DNA of 64,000 nucleotides from Candidatus Latescibacterota bacterium (lineage in GTDB: Bacteria > Latescibacterota > UBA2968 > UBA8231). The position numbers and the translations under genes were made by a program. Of the stretch, positions 1 through 13,686 are shown piece after piece. The stretch's first letter is position 1; the number at the start of each line of letters is the position of its first letter. The stretch is from positions 1,760,001-1,824,000 of the forward strand of contig OZ241867.1 of the NCBI GenBank assembly GCA_965203175.1, in the 5' to 3' direction. The notes under the pieces were generated by a model, which made no database searches, had not been told where the DNA came from, and was given only the letters and a program-made list of their open reading frames with translations.

Positions 1-532
1 AGCGTTTGAATTAGGTGTGGTCGGCGAACGTGCGGGTTCGGGAGTGCCGGCGCAGTCAAGGAGACATCCAGAATTCTGGCGGTGCTTCGGGTCATGTTCT
101 TTCTTTAAGCTCGGTTTGGCGGTCCCGCATCGCGGTGCGCCTGGGGATGACGAGGCGAAGACCGTAGTCAGATGGCAACTGTGTGACATCAAAAGCAACT
201 GCGTGCAAGGAACGAAAGGCGCAACAACCCTGCAGATTATAGGTTACACGTGAGTTCGGATAATTATCACAAACTGGCATCAGTAGTGCGTCTTTGTCAA
301 GGTGTCGAACCGACGCTCGCTGTCAACCCTTTGCTGGGCCATGTCTCGCCTCGGCTCCGGCTTCGTGTGGGTGAGGTGTTGGGGTGAGGACCCAGTAGGG
401 GTTAGATCGGGCGTCTGATGGGAGGGGGGGGTGCCATCACCCTTGGCATCAACGAAAATAAATTGGGGTGTAAACCGTGTTCGCGGTTTGTTCTGTAAAC
501 TGTGTTCGGCTCGTACACTGGTGTCTCGGAAC

Positions 533-647
533 GGCTTTGTTGCACGAAAAACGGTAACTCGTTAGAAAACAATAGTTTACGAAATTTGATAGCAAAACGC
601 TAACTTACTGTAAAACAACGACTTATAGATATTCATGCAACAACGCC
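533..647. mobile_element. MITE (115 bp) of IS5 family, IS903 group
   Basis: Terminal IRs GGCTTTGTTGCACGAA / TTCATGCAACAACGCC; 9-bp direct repeat TCTCGGAAC at 524-532 and 648-656; right IR identical to that of the IS at 53469-54628. Confidence 0.85.
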
Positions 648-904
648 TCTCGGAACTGAAGTCCCCGGGCAGGTGCGGAATGTGTCGCCACTCAAAAGGC
701 TATGCTGCGGATAGGAGCGATGTCGATGTATAGAAAAAATATGGCACCGATATCGGTACTATGCGGTTCGCTGAAATCGTACGCAAGGGTCCAGCAGATT
801 CCTGATGAATCGTTTGCTGTCGCACCGAATCGTTCGGGAATGCTCAGAGTACCGTTATAAAGGATAAAGGGTTTCGGCGCGTTTCAGGGGCTTCCGCCAC
901 ATAG

Positions 905-4192
<3,288 letters not shown>

Positions 4193-4207
4193 GGAGACCT
4201 CAGCCCC

Positions 4208-5710
4208 ATGAGGCGACGCAGGACGATCTACCACAACGACGCGCGGCACTCGTACCTGTGGCACTTCGAGCCGCCCATGCGCCTCGAGGACGCCTGGATA
4301 CCCATCGACGAGGTGGCGGGCACGGCCGTCGATACCTTCAGCTACTGCGTCGAGCGGGGAGACGGCGCCTTCTACCCCACGAAGGTGGGGAAGATGTTCG
4401 CCGTCGAGGACGGCAAGCCGCAGTCGGAGCAAAATTACGTGTGGCGGGCAGCGGCGTGCATGCTCAGCCTGATGGAGCGCGGCCTCGACCCACTGCGGGT
4501 GCTCGTCGACCGCGCCCACGAGCACGGCCTAGACTTCATCGCCAATCTGCGCCTGCAGCGGCTCGGCGGCGTGTACCCGGAACTGGAGATCGAAAACGGT
4601 GGCGCCGGCTGGGCCGAGGAGCGCGTCCAAGATCTCAAATACGATGTGCTGCGCGAGCTCGTCACCGAATACCCCATCCAAGGTGTCGAGCTGGATTTCA
4701 CGGCAGCCTTCAGCGAGCGCGGATTCTTCTACTTCAGCGACGGAGGGACTCCCGAAAACACGGCGGCCATGACCGAGTGGGTGCGGCGCTCGGCGGAGAT
4801 GGTGCGCTCGCGGCCGGGCGAGCCGGGCCTGATCGGCGCGCGGATCTTTCCCACGGAGAAGGGCAACCTCGAGCAGGGTCTCGACGTGAGGACGTGGCTC
4901 GGCGAGGGGCTGCTCGACTTTGTCGTGCCGGTGGCCTACATCTACACCGTTCTCGATCCCGACATGCCCTTCGACTGGGTGGTCGGGCCGGCCCACGACG
5001 CGGGTGCCTCCGTCTACGGATTCCTACAGCACTACACACAGGAACAAATCGTCGGTGCCAGCGGCAGGCGGTACCCCAGCTTGGAGCACTTCCGGGCCGC
5101 TGCGGCCAACTACTGGGAGAAGGGCGTCGACGGCCTGTACACTTGGATGATGGACTGGCCCCTCGGCGACGCGGAGCGCAACATCCTCACCGCGATCGGC
5201 TCGCCGCAGCTCGTCCGCGAGCGCGACAAGCGCTATGCCTTAGCCCGCAAGTACGACGGCGCAGCGCGGGTCGACTATCGCCACCACATCCCGCACGAGC
5301 TTTCCCCGCCTCTCCCCACCGCGGCCCACCAGATCCCCTTCACCATCGCCGACGACATCGCCGCGGCCGACAGCCGCGTCAGCGGGACGACGCTGCGCAT
5401 CTACCTGACCAACGTCGTATCCGCGGACCGGTTCAACATCTCCCTGAACGGACACTCGCTGGCCGGCGAGACGTGCCGCCGCGTCTGGAAGCAGGACGAC
5501 GCCTATCCCTACACCAACCCGCGAAACCACTGGCTGGAGTTCGATCTCGTCGCCTGCGTGCCCCGCAAGGGCGAGAACCTTCTGGAGGTGTCGCTGGAGA
5601 GCCGACCGGACGGCCTGACCGGAAGCGTCACCATCCAGGAGGTAGAGGTGGAGGTGCGCTATAGCCCGTATCCGGTGGGGCTAGGGGGTTCCACTCACGA
5701 TCTGAGGTGA
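4208..5710 (+). CDS. Putative TIM-barrel glycoside hydrolase-like (GHL10-like) protein
   Basis: IYHNDA start, GVELDF, KGVDGLYTW, C-terminal beta-sandwich. Confidence 0.55.
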   Translation: MRRRRTIYHNDARHSYLWHFEPPMRLEDAWIPIDEVAGTAVDTFSYCVERGDGAFYPTKVGKMFAVEDGKPQSEQNYVWRAAACMLSLMERGLDPLRVLVDRAHEHGLDFIANLRLQRLGGVYPELEIENGGAGWAEERVQDLKYDVLRELVTEYPIQGVELDFTAAFSERGFFYFSDGGTPENTAAMTEWVRRSAEMVRSRPGEPGLIGARIFPTEKGNLEQGLDVRTWLGEGLLDFVVPVAYIYTVLDPDMPFDWVVGPAHDAGASVYGFLQHYTQEQIVGASGRRYPSLEHFRAAAANYWEKGVDGLYTWMMDWPLGDAERNILTAIGSPQLVRERDKRYALARKYDGAARVDYRHHIPHELSPPLPTAAHQIPFTIADDIAAADSRVSGTTLRIYLTNVVSADRFNISLNGHSLAGETCRRVWKQDDAYPYTNPRNHWLEFDLVACVPRKGENLLEVSLESRPDGLTGSVTIQEVEVEVRYSPYPVGLGGSTHDLR

Positions 5711-6580
5711 CGCATAGAGATCAGGCCTGGCCTCGTTCGCTGTGAAGCAGCCGGACGATCGCGCTTTCTCTATTAATTCTCTCGAAACCTCGGTCACGAT
5801 TATGCCTTCCACAGGCGCGTGTTCGTCGATGAACTCGCCGTTCGGATCGATCGCGAAGGCAAGCCCTGGAAACCATGCGTTGCCGCTCTTTCCAGCCTGA
5901 TTGGCGTAGAAAATGTAGAGCGCATTGTCCACGGCCCTTGCTGGCAGGACTTGGGCGGCCAACTGTCGATGTTCGGCGGCCTGTTCAGTCTGATCGCCGT
6001 CGGGGGTGACGTTGTCAGCACAGCCGCTTGCACCCACAGCGAGGAGGAAAAAGTCCGCGCCCTCCTGTGCGGCGGTGCGAAAAATCTCCGGAAACCTCAG
6101 GTCGTAGCAGATCCCCACGCCAAAGGTCCAGCCTTGCGATGTCACGACGGGGAACTGGCTCCCCGGTTCGAACCAGGCCCGCTCGGTTGCATTCGGGATG
6201 TGCAGTTTGGTGAAGGTCGCGAGGTACCCGCCGGGCCCTACGATGTAGGCGCTGTTGCGATAGCGCTCGCCCGCCGGCTCGATGGTGCCGACGACAAGGG
6301 TCATGTCGAGTTCGCGGCAGAGCGATTCGAGGAATGGAACCGATGTCTCGGCCGCTGCTTCGGCGATCCGCATGGACTCCTCGGGAGGAATGTCCGACTT
6401 GTTCATCGAGCCCGTGATGCACTCTTCGGGAAAGAGCGCAAACGCGGCACCTTGCTCGCGAGCCTTGCTCGACCACTCGGCAATCCGGTCGAGGTTGGCC
6501 GTGGGGTCGCCCATCGCGCTGTGCATGGCGACCGATGCGACACGTGTTTCACTAACCGGTTGTATGATCTCACGGGCCAT
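5681..6580 (-). CDS. Carbon-nitrogen hydrolase (nitrilase superfamily)
   Basis: LFPEE, TKLH, GICYDLRFPE catalytic triad motifs. Confidence 0.9.
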   Translation of the reverse strand: MAREIIQPVSETRVASVAMHSAMGDPTANLDRIAEWSSKAREQGAAFALFPEECITGSMNKSDIPPEESMRIAEAAAETSVPFLESLCRELDMTLVVGTIEPAGERYRNSAYIVGPGGYLATFTKLHIPNATERAWFEPGSQFPVVTSQGWTFGVGICYDLRFPEIFRTAAQEGADFFLLAVGASGCADNVTPDGDQTEQAAEHRQLAAQVLPARAVDNALYIFYANQAGKSGNAWFPGLAFAIDPNGEFIDEHAPVEGIIVTEVSRELIEKARSSGCFTANEARPDLYASPQIVSGTP

Positions 6581-6650
6581 CGCTCCCTCCCCTCGGTTCA
6601 TTGGCAGTGTTTACGCCCTGTCCCATTCCGCATGAACGGTCTTGTTGAAT

Positions 6651-7754
6651 TCATTCGGCCCTGATCCACGCGGAACCGTAGTCGTTATCAAGCTCACGAT
6701 ACATACTGTGGGCGTGATCTACGGTGCCTTCGCCGTTTTGAACCGCGTATTCGAGTACCATGGACGGGCTGGTCACGCGGAAATACGCAGCGCCCAAGAC
6801 ACCCTGGCGTCCCCACCATCCAAAGTATGTGTCCTCGATCTCGGCCACCACGGTCTTCATTTTCTCGGCGTAGTCGTCATTGTTCATGAAGCCCAAACGG
6901 GCCGCGATCACATCCAGGAGTAGCGTTCTCTGCATAGCTGTAAGTTCGCTGCCCTTGATGCCTTCCGGCGCGGCTGTTGTGCTATACTTTCCTGGCCTCA
7001 GCAAGAGGTCGATGGGCCGCTCGGCACGAACGGCTTGCCCTCTCTGCTCGTCCGTGAGGCTATCCATGAACACTTGCGCCGCCGCAGTTTCCCTCTGCGT
7101 AATGAAGATGTCGTCCCCATCAAGGCGCAAGTGCAGCGGCTGGCCGCCGGTCAGCATTGGTGAAAAGGAAACGTCCGGTCCGAATACTGTGGCGTTTATT
7201 GCGAGATGGTGCCCGCCGAACTGGAACATCCAGGGCTCTGTAGTTGACGGTTCACCGAGGAATGCAGCGTAAAAGTACTCACTGCCGTATTTCATGACTC
7301 CGAACAGGTCTCCTGAGATCAGCAAGTCTTCTGCGGCCAGTTGATAAGTGATGTTTTCCACACCGTCTTCACTTAGGAGTTCCCCAAGGAGCTTGTCGAG
7401 ATTCGCCCGCTGTGATTCAGAGAGAGCACCGAGCTTTACACCACCACGCGGAACCATACCCTCAGGGAAGTTGGACCAGTTTGAACGCTGTGCGTTATCG
7501 GTAAACCTATATGTCGCCGCCTGTCTCTGATTGTCGTCCAGTGAGTCTAGAAAGAGATTTGCAGCCGCTACGATGGCCACGGTCTTCTTGTCTGCTGCAG
7601 GCACGTTGTAAACGTGCCTGAGATTCATCTCTACTGGTGAGGGAGCCGCTCCAAAAAAGACCCCAGCCGCAATATCGGGGCGAAAGAACAGGTAGACGAA
7701 AATTGCGGCAACGATAATCACTGCACCCAGAAGGTAGATCGACACACGTTTCAT
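6651..7754 (-). CDS. DUF3500 domain protein
   Basis: WSNFP, FLGEPS..PWMFQFGGHHLAIN, HAHSMYRELDNDYG; N-terminal TM/signal segment. Confidence 0.8.
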   Translation of the reverse strand: MKRVSIYLLGAVIIVAAIFVYLFFRPDIAAGVFFGAAPSPVEMNLRHVYNVPAADKKTVAIVAAANLFLDSLDDNQRQAATYRFTDNAQRSNWSNFPEGMVPRGGVKLGALSESQRANLDKLLGELLSEDGVENITYQLAAEDLLISGDLFGVMKYGSEYFYAAFLGEPSTTEPWMFQFGGHHLAINATVFGPDVSFSPMLTGGQPLHLRLDGDDIFITQRETAAAQVFMDSLTDEQRGQAVRAERPIDLLLRPGKYSTTAAPEGIKGSELTAMQRTLLLDVIAARLGFMNNDDYAEKMKTVVAEIEDTYFGWWGRQGVLGAAYFRVTSPSMVLEYAVQNGEGTVDHAHSMYRELDNDYGSAWIRAE

Positions 7755-7913
7755 GGATCCTCTTTAGAATAACCATACCCCTTATCACCACGGTAATGGT
7801 AATATATGGCGCGGTGCTCGAGGCGGGAATGCTGGTTGATCAGAATCAACTGCTCCACTCGTTTCCTCTCCTCGGGTGTCAGATCCCGTAATGAGATGGC
7901 GTATCTGTCTTGG

Positions 7914-8780
7914 TCAGGGCCCTCTCTCTTCCACGATTTGCAGTTCGGCAGTATCCACTTCGCTGGCTCCGAAATATCCCAATGCATATCGCTGAGGATT
8001 GGTCAGATTCTCTATGTTGCCCCTAATCAACGACGCAGGCGTAGGGAAGAGGGGATCTTGCCCTGTTTCCTCGAAGAGCAGGAAGTAATATTCAAAGGCC
8101 TCTTTCGATAAGGAGAGCTGTCTCACGAGGACCAACTGATCCGATTTTACCGTGGCTTCTTGGTTGGGTTCGAAACCGATGACGTGCTCTCCGTCAAAAA
8201 ACTCATCCGATCCGACAAAGTTGAGCGAATTGCCAGGATCGGGCTCTGCCTGCAGTACGCCGTCCGCGAATTGCTCCCACAAATAGTAATCTTCGCGACC
8301 TAGGACGTCTTGATAGTCGATCTTTACTCGAATGCCTCCGTCCTCGAACGAATTGGCCTTCTCAAACTGCTGGTAGATCGAGTCGATGGGCGCGACGGGA
8401 AGTAGTGTTTCGACTGCTCGATAGGATTCGCCGTTAAGGTCAATTTCAAGGGTGTAGGTCCTGCCAACTTCTGGCCGCATGTCCCTGTTTTCGTACATGC
8501 CGGCTTGGCGCAAGGACTCAGCGAAGAGGTAGGTGGTACCCTCATCGTCGTGTACGATCACCTCTGCTCCGCTGACCACAGGTGTGGCTTCATTGCTGAA
8601 ATAGGGGGCTGTGGTAGACAATCTGATTGACTGCGCGACTGCGCGATCATCTTGGTGGCGCTCGATGCGACCTTCAACGACGAGTCGTTCCGGTCCTGCT
8701 TCTACATCGATATTGACGACTCTCTCACATCCCATGAGCACGGGGACTGACAGCCAGATGGTGATTAGCATGTTTTTCAT
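7914..8780 (-). CDS. DUF4249 family lipoprotein
   Basis: Lipobox LMGC, LVVEG, GNIENL...ALGYF; directly downstream of the TonB receptor. Confidence 0.8.
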   Translation of the reverse strand: MKNMLITIWLSVPVLMGCERVVNIDVEAGPERLVVEGRIERHQDDRAVAQSIRLSTTAPYFSNEATPVVSGAEVIVHDDEGTTYLFAESLRQAGMYENRDMRPEVGRTYTLEIDLNGESYRAVETLLPVAPIDSIYQQFEKANSFEDGGIRVKIDYQDVLGREDYYLWEQFADGVLQAEPDPGNSLNFVGSDEFFDGEHVIGFEPNQEATVKSDQLVLVRQLSLSKEAFEYYFLLFEETGQDPLFPTPASLIRGNIENLTNPQRYALGYFGASEVDTAELQIVEERGP

Positions 8781-8782
8781 AT

Positions 8783-11146
8783 TTAGAAGTTCCGGTTGTA
8801 GGTTATGCTGGGCAGGATTCCGAAAAGGGATGTTTGTACGGCTTCGGTGACAAGCTTGTCGTTCTCGTTTTGCCGCACGTACACTGAGGCGGAGTTGCGT
8901 CGGTTGTACACGTTGTAGATGGTAAAGGCCCAACTGTTTTCATTGGCTGTCGTGTAGGTCAGTCCCAGATCCAGGCGGTGATAGGCTGGCAGGCGAGCCC
9001 CATGGCGGGTCTCGTACTGAGGAACAATAAAATTGGCGAATTCGTAGCGGCTGGCCGGAAAGGTGGAGGGCGTACCTGTGGCAAGGACGAGATTCGTCGA
9101 TAGCGACCAGCGGGGTTTGAGCGCGTATACCGTTGTTAGGGTCAGGTCGTGTGTCTTGTCGTTGCTGGCTGGATAGTACCTCCCGTTGTTGATGCCCGGA
9201 TCGCCGTTACCTAGTCCAGGGACTTGTCGCTCGGTGCGCGACCACGTGTACCCCAACCAACCGGTTAATTGTCCGGTGCGCTTGCGCACCATCAGCTCTA
9301 CGCCGTAGGAACGGCCCTCGCCCTTTAGTAGCTCGGTTTCCAGGTTGTTGTTGACGGTCAGGTCGGCTCCGTCGACGTAGTCGATCTGGTTGTTCATTTT
9401 CTTGTAGTAGGCTTCGATCGAGGCTTCGTACGTGTTGTCCTGGAGATTTCGGAAGTAGCCGGCGGCGATCTGGTCCGCTGCTTGCGGCTCAACAAAAGGT
9501 CCGCTGGGTCTCCAGATGTCCAATGGCTGGGACGCGGTAGTATTGGAGATGAGGTGGATATACTGCCGGATGCGATTGTAGCTCACCTTGATCGAGCTGG
9601 CCTCGGTCAAGGACCATCGTGCCGACGCTCGGGGCTCCAGACCAGCAAAGCTCTGTATGTTTTCCCTCTCCCCAAACGAGATGACGCTATCGACCACGCC
9701 CGCTTCGTACCGGCCTAGGGTCTCGTTGTAGACGATGGGTTGATTATCGCGATAGGCGGGAAGGTCTTGGGCACCCTGGCGTCTGAACGCTGAGAGACGC
9801 AACCCATATTGGAGGGAGATAGAGTTGGTGATTTGATGGTCCAGGCTGAGGTACGCGCCTGGCTCTATGGCGTTTTGTTGATCCAGTTCCGTTGGCACAA
9901 CAGAGGACACTTCCCCAATGGGTTTGATAGTGCCGGGGATAAAGCTGTAATGGATGGTACTCGCGCCGAAGTTGACCGCATTTCCTTCGCTCAGTGAGTA
10001 GGAAAAATCCGCTTTGAGCTTGTAGTTGGTTATGTGTGATAACCAATTGTGTTCCGCGCCTGCCGTGAATGTATCGCTATCGTAGCTGTACCTGCTGAAC
10101 ACTCCCGTGAAATTCGCGAAGAGTCGCCGGCTGAAGAGGTTCCAGCGGATGGTCGCTGTGGTATTCCCCCACGCGTTGCCGAAGATATCCGCTACTTTGA
10201 ACGCGTCTCTGCCGCGATAACCCGAGACAAAGAGCCGGTTGTTGTCGTTGATATTGTAGTTGCCTTTGAAGTTGACGTCGTAGAAGTGGGCGGTGCTCTT
10301 GTCACTGCTAAACGCGTTGTAGAAGATGTCGCCGTATGAACGGCGAGCGGCGATCACGTAGGATCCGCGACCATTGGCGACCGGTCCTTCAAGGAGCAGC
10401 CGCCCCGAGAGGATGCCTATTCCCACTTTGCCGCGGAACTCTTTGGCATTGCCCTCCTTTTGTCGCACGTCCAGCACTGAAGACAAGCGTCCGCCATATT
10501 GCGCTGGGATACCGCCTTTGTAGATCTTGATATCTTTGGTGATGTCGGCATTGAAAACTGAGAAGAAGCCGAAGAGATGAGCGGCGTTATAGACGATGGC
10601 TTCGTCGAGTAGGACGAGATTCTGATCTGCTGCGCCACCGCGCACGTTGAAGCCCGCAGCCCCTTCGCGTACGGTCGTCACTCCCGGCAACAGTTGTATT
10701 GTTTGTACCACGTCTGCTTCGCCCAATACAGCCGGCGTGCGCTGTACAGTCTGTATGTCCAACTCGGCTGCGCTCATTTCGATCGATTCGACATTCTCAT
10801 CGGCTTGGTGTGCGCTCACGGCGATCTGCCCCAATTCGATGACGGCTGCCCGCATTTCGATGTTGAGCACTTGATCCTGATGCGGATCTGTCGTGCGCAC
10901 GATTGATTCGTAGCCGATAAAGCTAAAGCTGATTTCATGAGCTCCTGCTGGCAGTCGCAGCGAGTAATGCCCGTAGACATTCGTCGTTGTACCCACCTGA
11001 AGGGTCGTTACAACGACGTTGACGCCCGGTAGGGCTTCGCCGTCGGCCGCATCTTTGATTTGGCCGCTAACGGTGAGTGTCTCCTGGGCTGGGCTGTTTG
11101 TGATTGTCGTGAGCAGCAGACAAGCTGTTAGGAGGGATTTGTGCAT
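8783..11146 (-). CDS. TonB-dependent receptor with carboxypeptidase-regulatory-like N-domain
   Basis: Signal peptide, plug LPGVT..FNVRGG, YKGGIPAQYGGRLSSV, terminal F. Confidence 0.92.
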   Translation of the reverse strand: MHKSLLTACLLLTTITNSPAQETLTVSGQIKDAADGEALPGVNVVVTTLQVGTTTNVYGHYSLRLPAGAHEISFSFIGYESIVRTTDPHQDQVLNIEMRAAVIELGQIAVSAHQADENVESIEMSAAELDIQTVQRTPAVLGEADVVQTIQLLPGVTTVREGAAGFNVRGGAADQNLVLLDEAIVYNAAHLFGFFSVFNADITKDIKIYKGGIPAQYGGRLSSVLDVRQKEGNAKEFRGKVGIGILSGRLLLEGPVANGRGSYVIAARRSYGDIFYNAFSSDKSTAHFYDVNFKGNYNINDNNRLFVSGYRGRDAFKVADIFGNAWGNTTATIRWNLFSRRLFANFTGVFSRYSYDSDTFTAGAEHNWLSHITNYKLKADFSYSLSEGNAVNFGASTIHYSFIPGTIKPIGEVSSVVPTELDQQNAIEPGAYLSLDHQITNSISLQYGLRLSAFRRQGAQDLPAYRDNQPIVYNETLGRYEAGVVDSVISFGERENIQSFAGLEPRASARWSLTEASSIKVSYNRIRQYIHLISNTTASQPLDIWRPSGPFVEPQAADQIAAGYFRNLQDNTYEASIEAYYKKMNNQIDYVDGADLTVNNNLETELLKGEGRSYGVELMVRKRTGQLTGWLGYTWSRTERQVPGLGNGDPGINNGRYYPASNDKTHDLTLTTVYALKPRWSLSTNLVLATGTPSTFPASRYEFANFIVPQYETRHGARLPAYHRLDLGLTYTTANENSWAFTIYNVYNRRNSASVYVRQNENDKLVTEAVQTSLFGILPSITYNRNF

Positions 11147-11282
11147 AGGTTCTTTCCTGGTTAATAGCTACGTGTATGTGCGCCAAAGCCTTCTCGGTGA
11201 CCATGTATTGCACCGTGCAGTGGTCATCTGACTAGCGCACAACTAATACTACGATCCGGCTGTTAACTGAGGATTGCTGCTG

Positions 11283-11308
11283 TGTAACGAATTGTAATAA
11301 GATGTGAA
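11283..11308. promoter_or_regulatory. Putative OmpR-family binding site upstream of the TonB receptor gene
   Basis: TGTAAC/TGTAAT/TGTGAA repeats with 10-bp period; similar motif at 13561-13576. Confidence 0.5.
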
Positions 11309-11495
11309 CGGTGTGAGCGGTGCGGACGCACGAGTATTTCGTGCCCAGGCAGTCTCTGTCTTGCCTCAAGCGAGGATGGTAGAGGGATGCTGTTACGAGA
11401 AGCTATTTGGGGGCGCGTAGATGCGCCCTCATTATCTCTACTGCTAGTCAGTCTTTGTGTTCGTCGTTTTGGGCGAACCCTTAGTAGTCACGGAT

Positions 11496-12800
11496 TCAGG
11501 GAAATGTGAGCAGGACGCATGTTCCTTTGTTCGGTTGGCTCGTAATATCGATCTGTCCTCCGTGTGCCTCCATGATTTTCTTGCATACGCTCATGCCCAA
11601 GCCATAGCCACCAGTTTGTTTGGAGCGAGATTTATCCACGCGATAGAAGGGCTCGAAGATGTAGGGGAGATCGTCTTTGGGGATGCCTGATCCGTAGTCT
11701 TGCACCTTGACAAGGATCTTCCCTTGCTCCCGGGCACAGGTGACTTCGATGGGATCTTTCGCATTGGAATGTCTGGTGGCATTCGAGAGGAGATTGTTGA
11801 GGACCGTTGTTACTCTTGTTGGGTCGACGCTCACTATGAGGTCTTCAGGTGAGCATTGGAGGACGACACCAGGTTTTTGATCTTGGTAATTCTTGCACGT
11901 ATCCATTAGGAGATCAAGAATATTGATCGGTTCGGGTTGGAGCCCTCCATAGGAGCTGTTTAGGCGCTCAGTTTCGAGGATTTCCGTCACCATTGCTTCC
12001 ATATGCTTGATGTTTCTGTGGAGGGTTTGCTTGGTCTTGTCGTGCTTGAGAAACTCCAGAGCTACTAGCATGCGCGTTAGCGGTGAGCGTAACTCGTGAC
12101 TCACGTCGAGCAGCAACTGGTCGCGTGCCTGGAGTGACTCACGGATTTGCCGGGTCATATGGTTGAACGAGAGTGCGAGCTGGCCAAGCTCGTCGACGCT
12201 ATTGGTCTTGATCTCAAAGTCGAGGTTGCCTTCCCCAATTGCTCTTACGCCCTCATGTAGTGCTTTTATGGGTTTGAGTTGGTTGCGAAGTATGAGGTAG
12301 ATGGCGAAGAAGGAGAATATGACGAGTCCAAGTGAGATGAAATCATAGAATTCATCTTGAGGTAGATGGCCGGCTTTGAGGAGATTAAGCTGATAGTGGC
12401 CATGGTCTGATTGCAGATCTACGAATATGCCTTCGCTTTCGCTTTCTTCGCTGATCATGATCCTGACTCGATCATCCTCCTCATAGGGGATCATGGCCTC
12501 TCTCTTCTTCACCTGCATGTCGGGGTCACTTTGCCAAATGACGCCGTTGCTTTCATACCTAATGTCTACTTGTAGGCTGTCTGCTGTTTGCTGTAGTCGA
12601 TGCGGATCGGGTTGTGGTCCAAGGTCGGCTACAATGCCTTGTGCGTGCCTCACCATGAGGCCTGATAGGGCCGGTAGAATGCTGCTTCGTAGTTCACGGT
12701 CTTCAAGCCAGAGGAGGAGGGTTGTCGTGATTGCGACGGCGAGGAGGAACAGTAGGGAGATCCTCAGAAAGAGCGACCGCTTGATATCGAAGAGTCTCAT
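11496..12800 (-). CDS. HAMP-domain sensor histidine kinase
   Basis: Two TM segments, HAMP, DVSHELRSPL H-box, NLLSNA, DYGSGI, GYGLG. Confidence 0.95.
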   Translation of the reverse strand: MRLFDIKRSLFLRISLLFLLAVAITTTLLLWLEDRELRSSILPALSGLMVRHAQGIVADLGPQPDPHRLQQTADSLQVDIRYESNGVIWQSDPDMQVKKREAMIPYEEDDRVRIMISEESESEGIFVDLQSDHGHYQLNLLKAGHLPQDEFYDFISLGLVIFSFFAIYLILRNQLKPIKALHEGVRAIGEGNLDFEIKTNSVDELGQLALSFNHMTRQIRESLQARDQLLLDVSHELRSPLTRMLVALEFLKHDKTKQTLHRNIKHMEAMVTEILETERLNSSYGGLQPEPINILDLLMDTCKNYQDQKPGVVLQCSPEDLIVSVDPTRVTTVLNNLLSNATRHSNAKDPIEVTCAREQGKILVKVQDYGSGIPKDDLPYIFEPFYRVDKSRSKQTGGYGLGMSVCKKIMEAHGGQIDITSQPNKGTCVLLTFP

Positions 12801-13492
12801 ACTGCCTCTGTGGCGCCGAGGAACATGTATCCTGCACCGCGAATCGTTCGTATGTAGCGAGGGTTTTTCGGGTCGTCTTTTAGCTTGTTGCGTATTCTGG
12901 ATATGAGGACATCAACTGAGCGGTCGAAGGCCTCCCAGTCTACTCCTCGAATACTCTGCATGATATAGTCTCGACTGAGGACTCTTCCCTGGCTTTGGAC
13001 GAGCAGAGCCAGCATTTCGAATTCTGTTGTTGTGAGATTCAAGACGACGCCATCGAGTGTGGCGGTGTATTTCTCCAAGCTAATTTTGAGACTGCCGACG
13101 TGGAGAAGGTCTTTCTTGGCCGGCTTGTGCCCTCGTCTGAGGACTGCTTGTATTCTCGCGACCAGTTCTCTTGCTTCAAATGGCTTGGGTAGGTAGTCGT
13201 CTGCTCCGAGTTCGAGTCCGACGACACGATCTGTGATGTCCCCACGGGCCGTGAGCATAATAATGGGCAGCGTATTTGTTTCTCGGATGGTTTTGCACAC
13301 CTTGAATCCATCCAATTCTGGTAACATGACATCGAGAATGACCAGGTCGAAGTCGCTTGTTCCAAGAAGCTCAAGACCCTTAGACGGGCTGTGCACAGCG
13401 GTTGTCTGGTAGCCGAAGTCTCCCAAGTAGGTCTCTAAGAGGTCGGTGAGTTCTTGGTCATCATCGATGATTAGTATTGAATCCATTACCAT
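12797..13492 (-). CDS. OmpR/PhoB family response regulator
   Basis: IIDDD, LDVMLP, GADDYLPKPF, wHTH RSVDVLISRIR. Confidence 0.95.
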   Translation of the reverse strand: MVMDSILIIDDDQELTDLLETYLGDFGYQTTAVHSPSKGLELLGTSDFDLVILDVMLPELDGFKVCKTIRETNTLPIIMLTARGDITDRVVGLELGADDYLPKPFEARELVARIQAVLRRGHKPAKKDLLHVGSLKISLEKYTATLDGVVLNLTTTEFEMLALLVQSQGRVLSRDYIMQSIRGVDWEAFDRSVDVLISRIRNKLKDDPKNPRYIRTIRGAGYMFLGATEAV

Positions 13493-13560
13493 GCGTCCTA
13501 TGAGTCCTTTCTTCTGTAAGGAGAAGAAAACCTTGCAGTGTAAATGGATATTTTCTGCTT

Positions 13561-13576
13561 TGTAACAGATTGTAAC
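13561..13576. promoter_or_regulatory. Putative autoregulatory OmpR-family binding site
   Basis: TGTAAC-N4-TGTAAC upstream of the response regulator gene. Confidence 0.5.
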
Positions 13577-13686
13577 CGTGGAGGGGTGTGTTACGGTAGG
13601 GTGGGGTTCGGTCCAGGTACATGGTTTACAGTTTCTCCCATCTTGGGAGCAGCTCTCAGGAGGTGCTCTCTATGCCCTGGAACGAA

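Noticed and set aside
1-460. Short ORFs or possible transposase remnant at the window start
   Set aside because: No recognisable motif; cannot be supported
4258-5664. Long alternative-frame and antisense ORFs (also 13943-15187, 15408-16499, 28399-29391, 53510-54595)
   Set aside because: Shadow ORFs of GC-rich genes with Arg/Pro/Gly-rich, motif-free translations
11411-11428. GGGCGC/GCGCCC hairpin after the kinase gene
   Set aside because: Short stem and no U-tract; too weak to call a terminator
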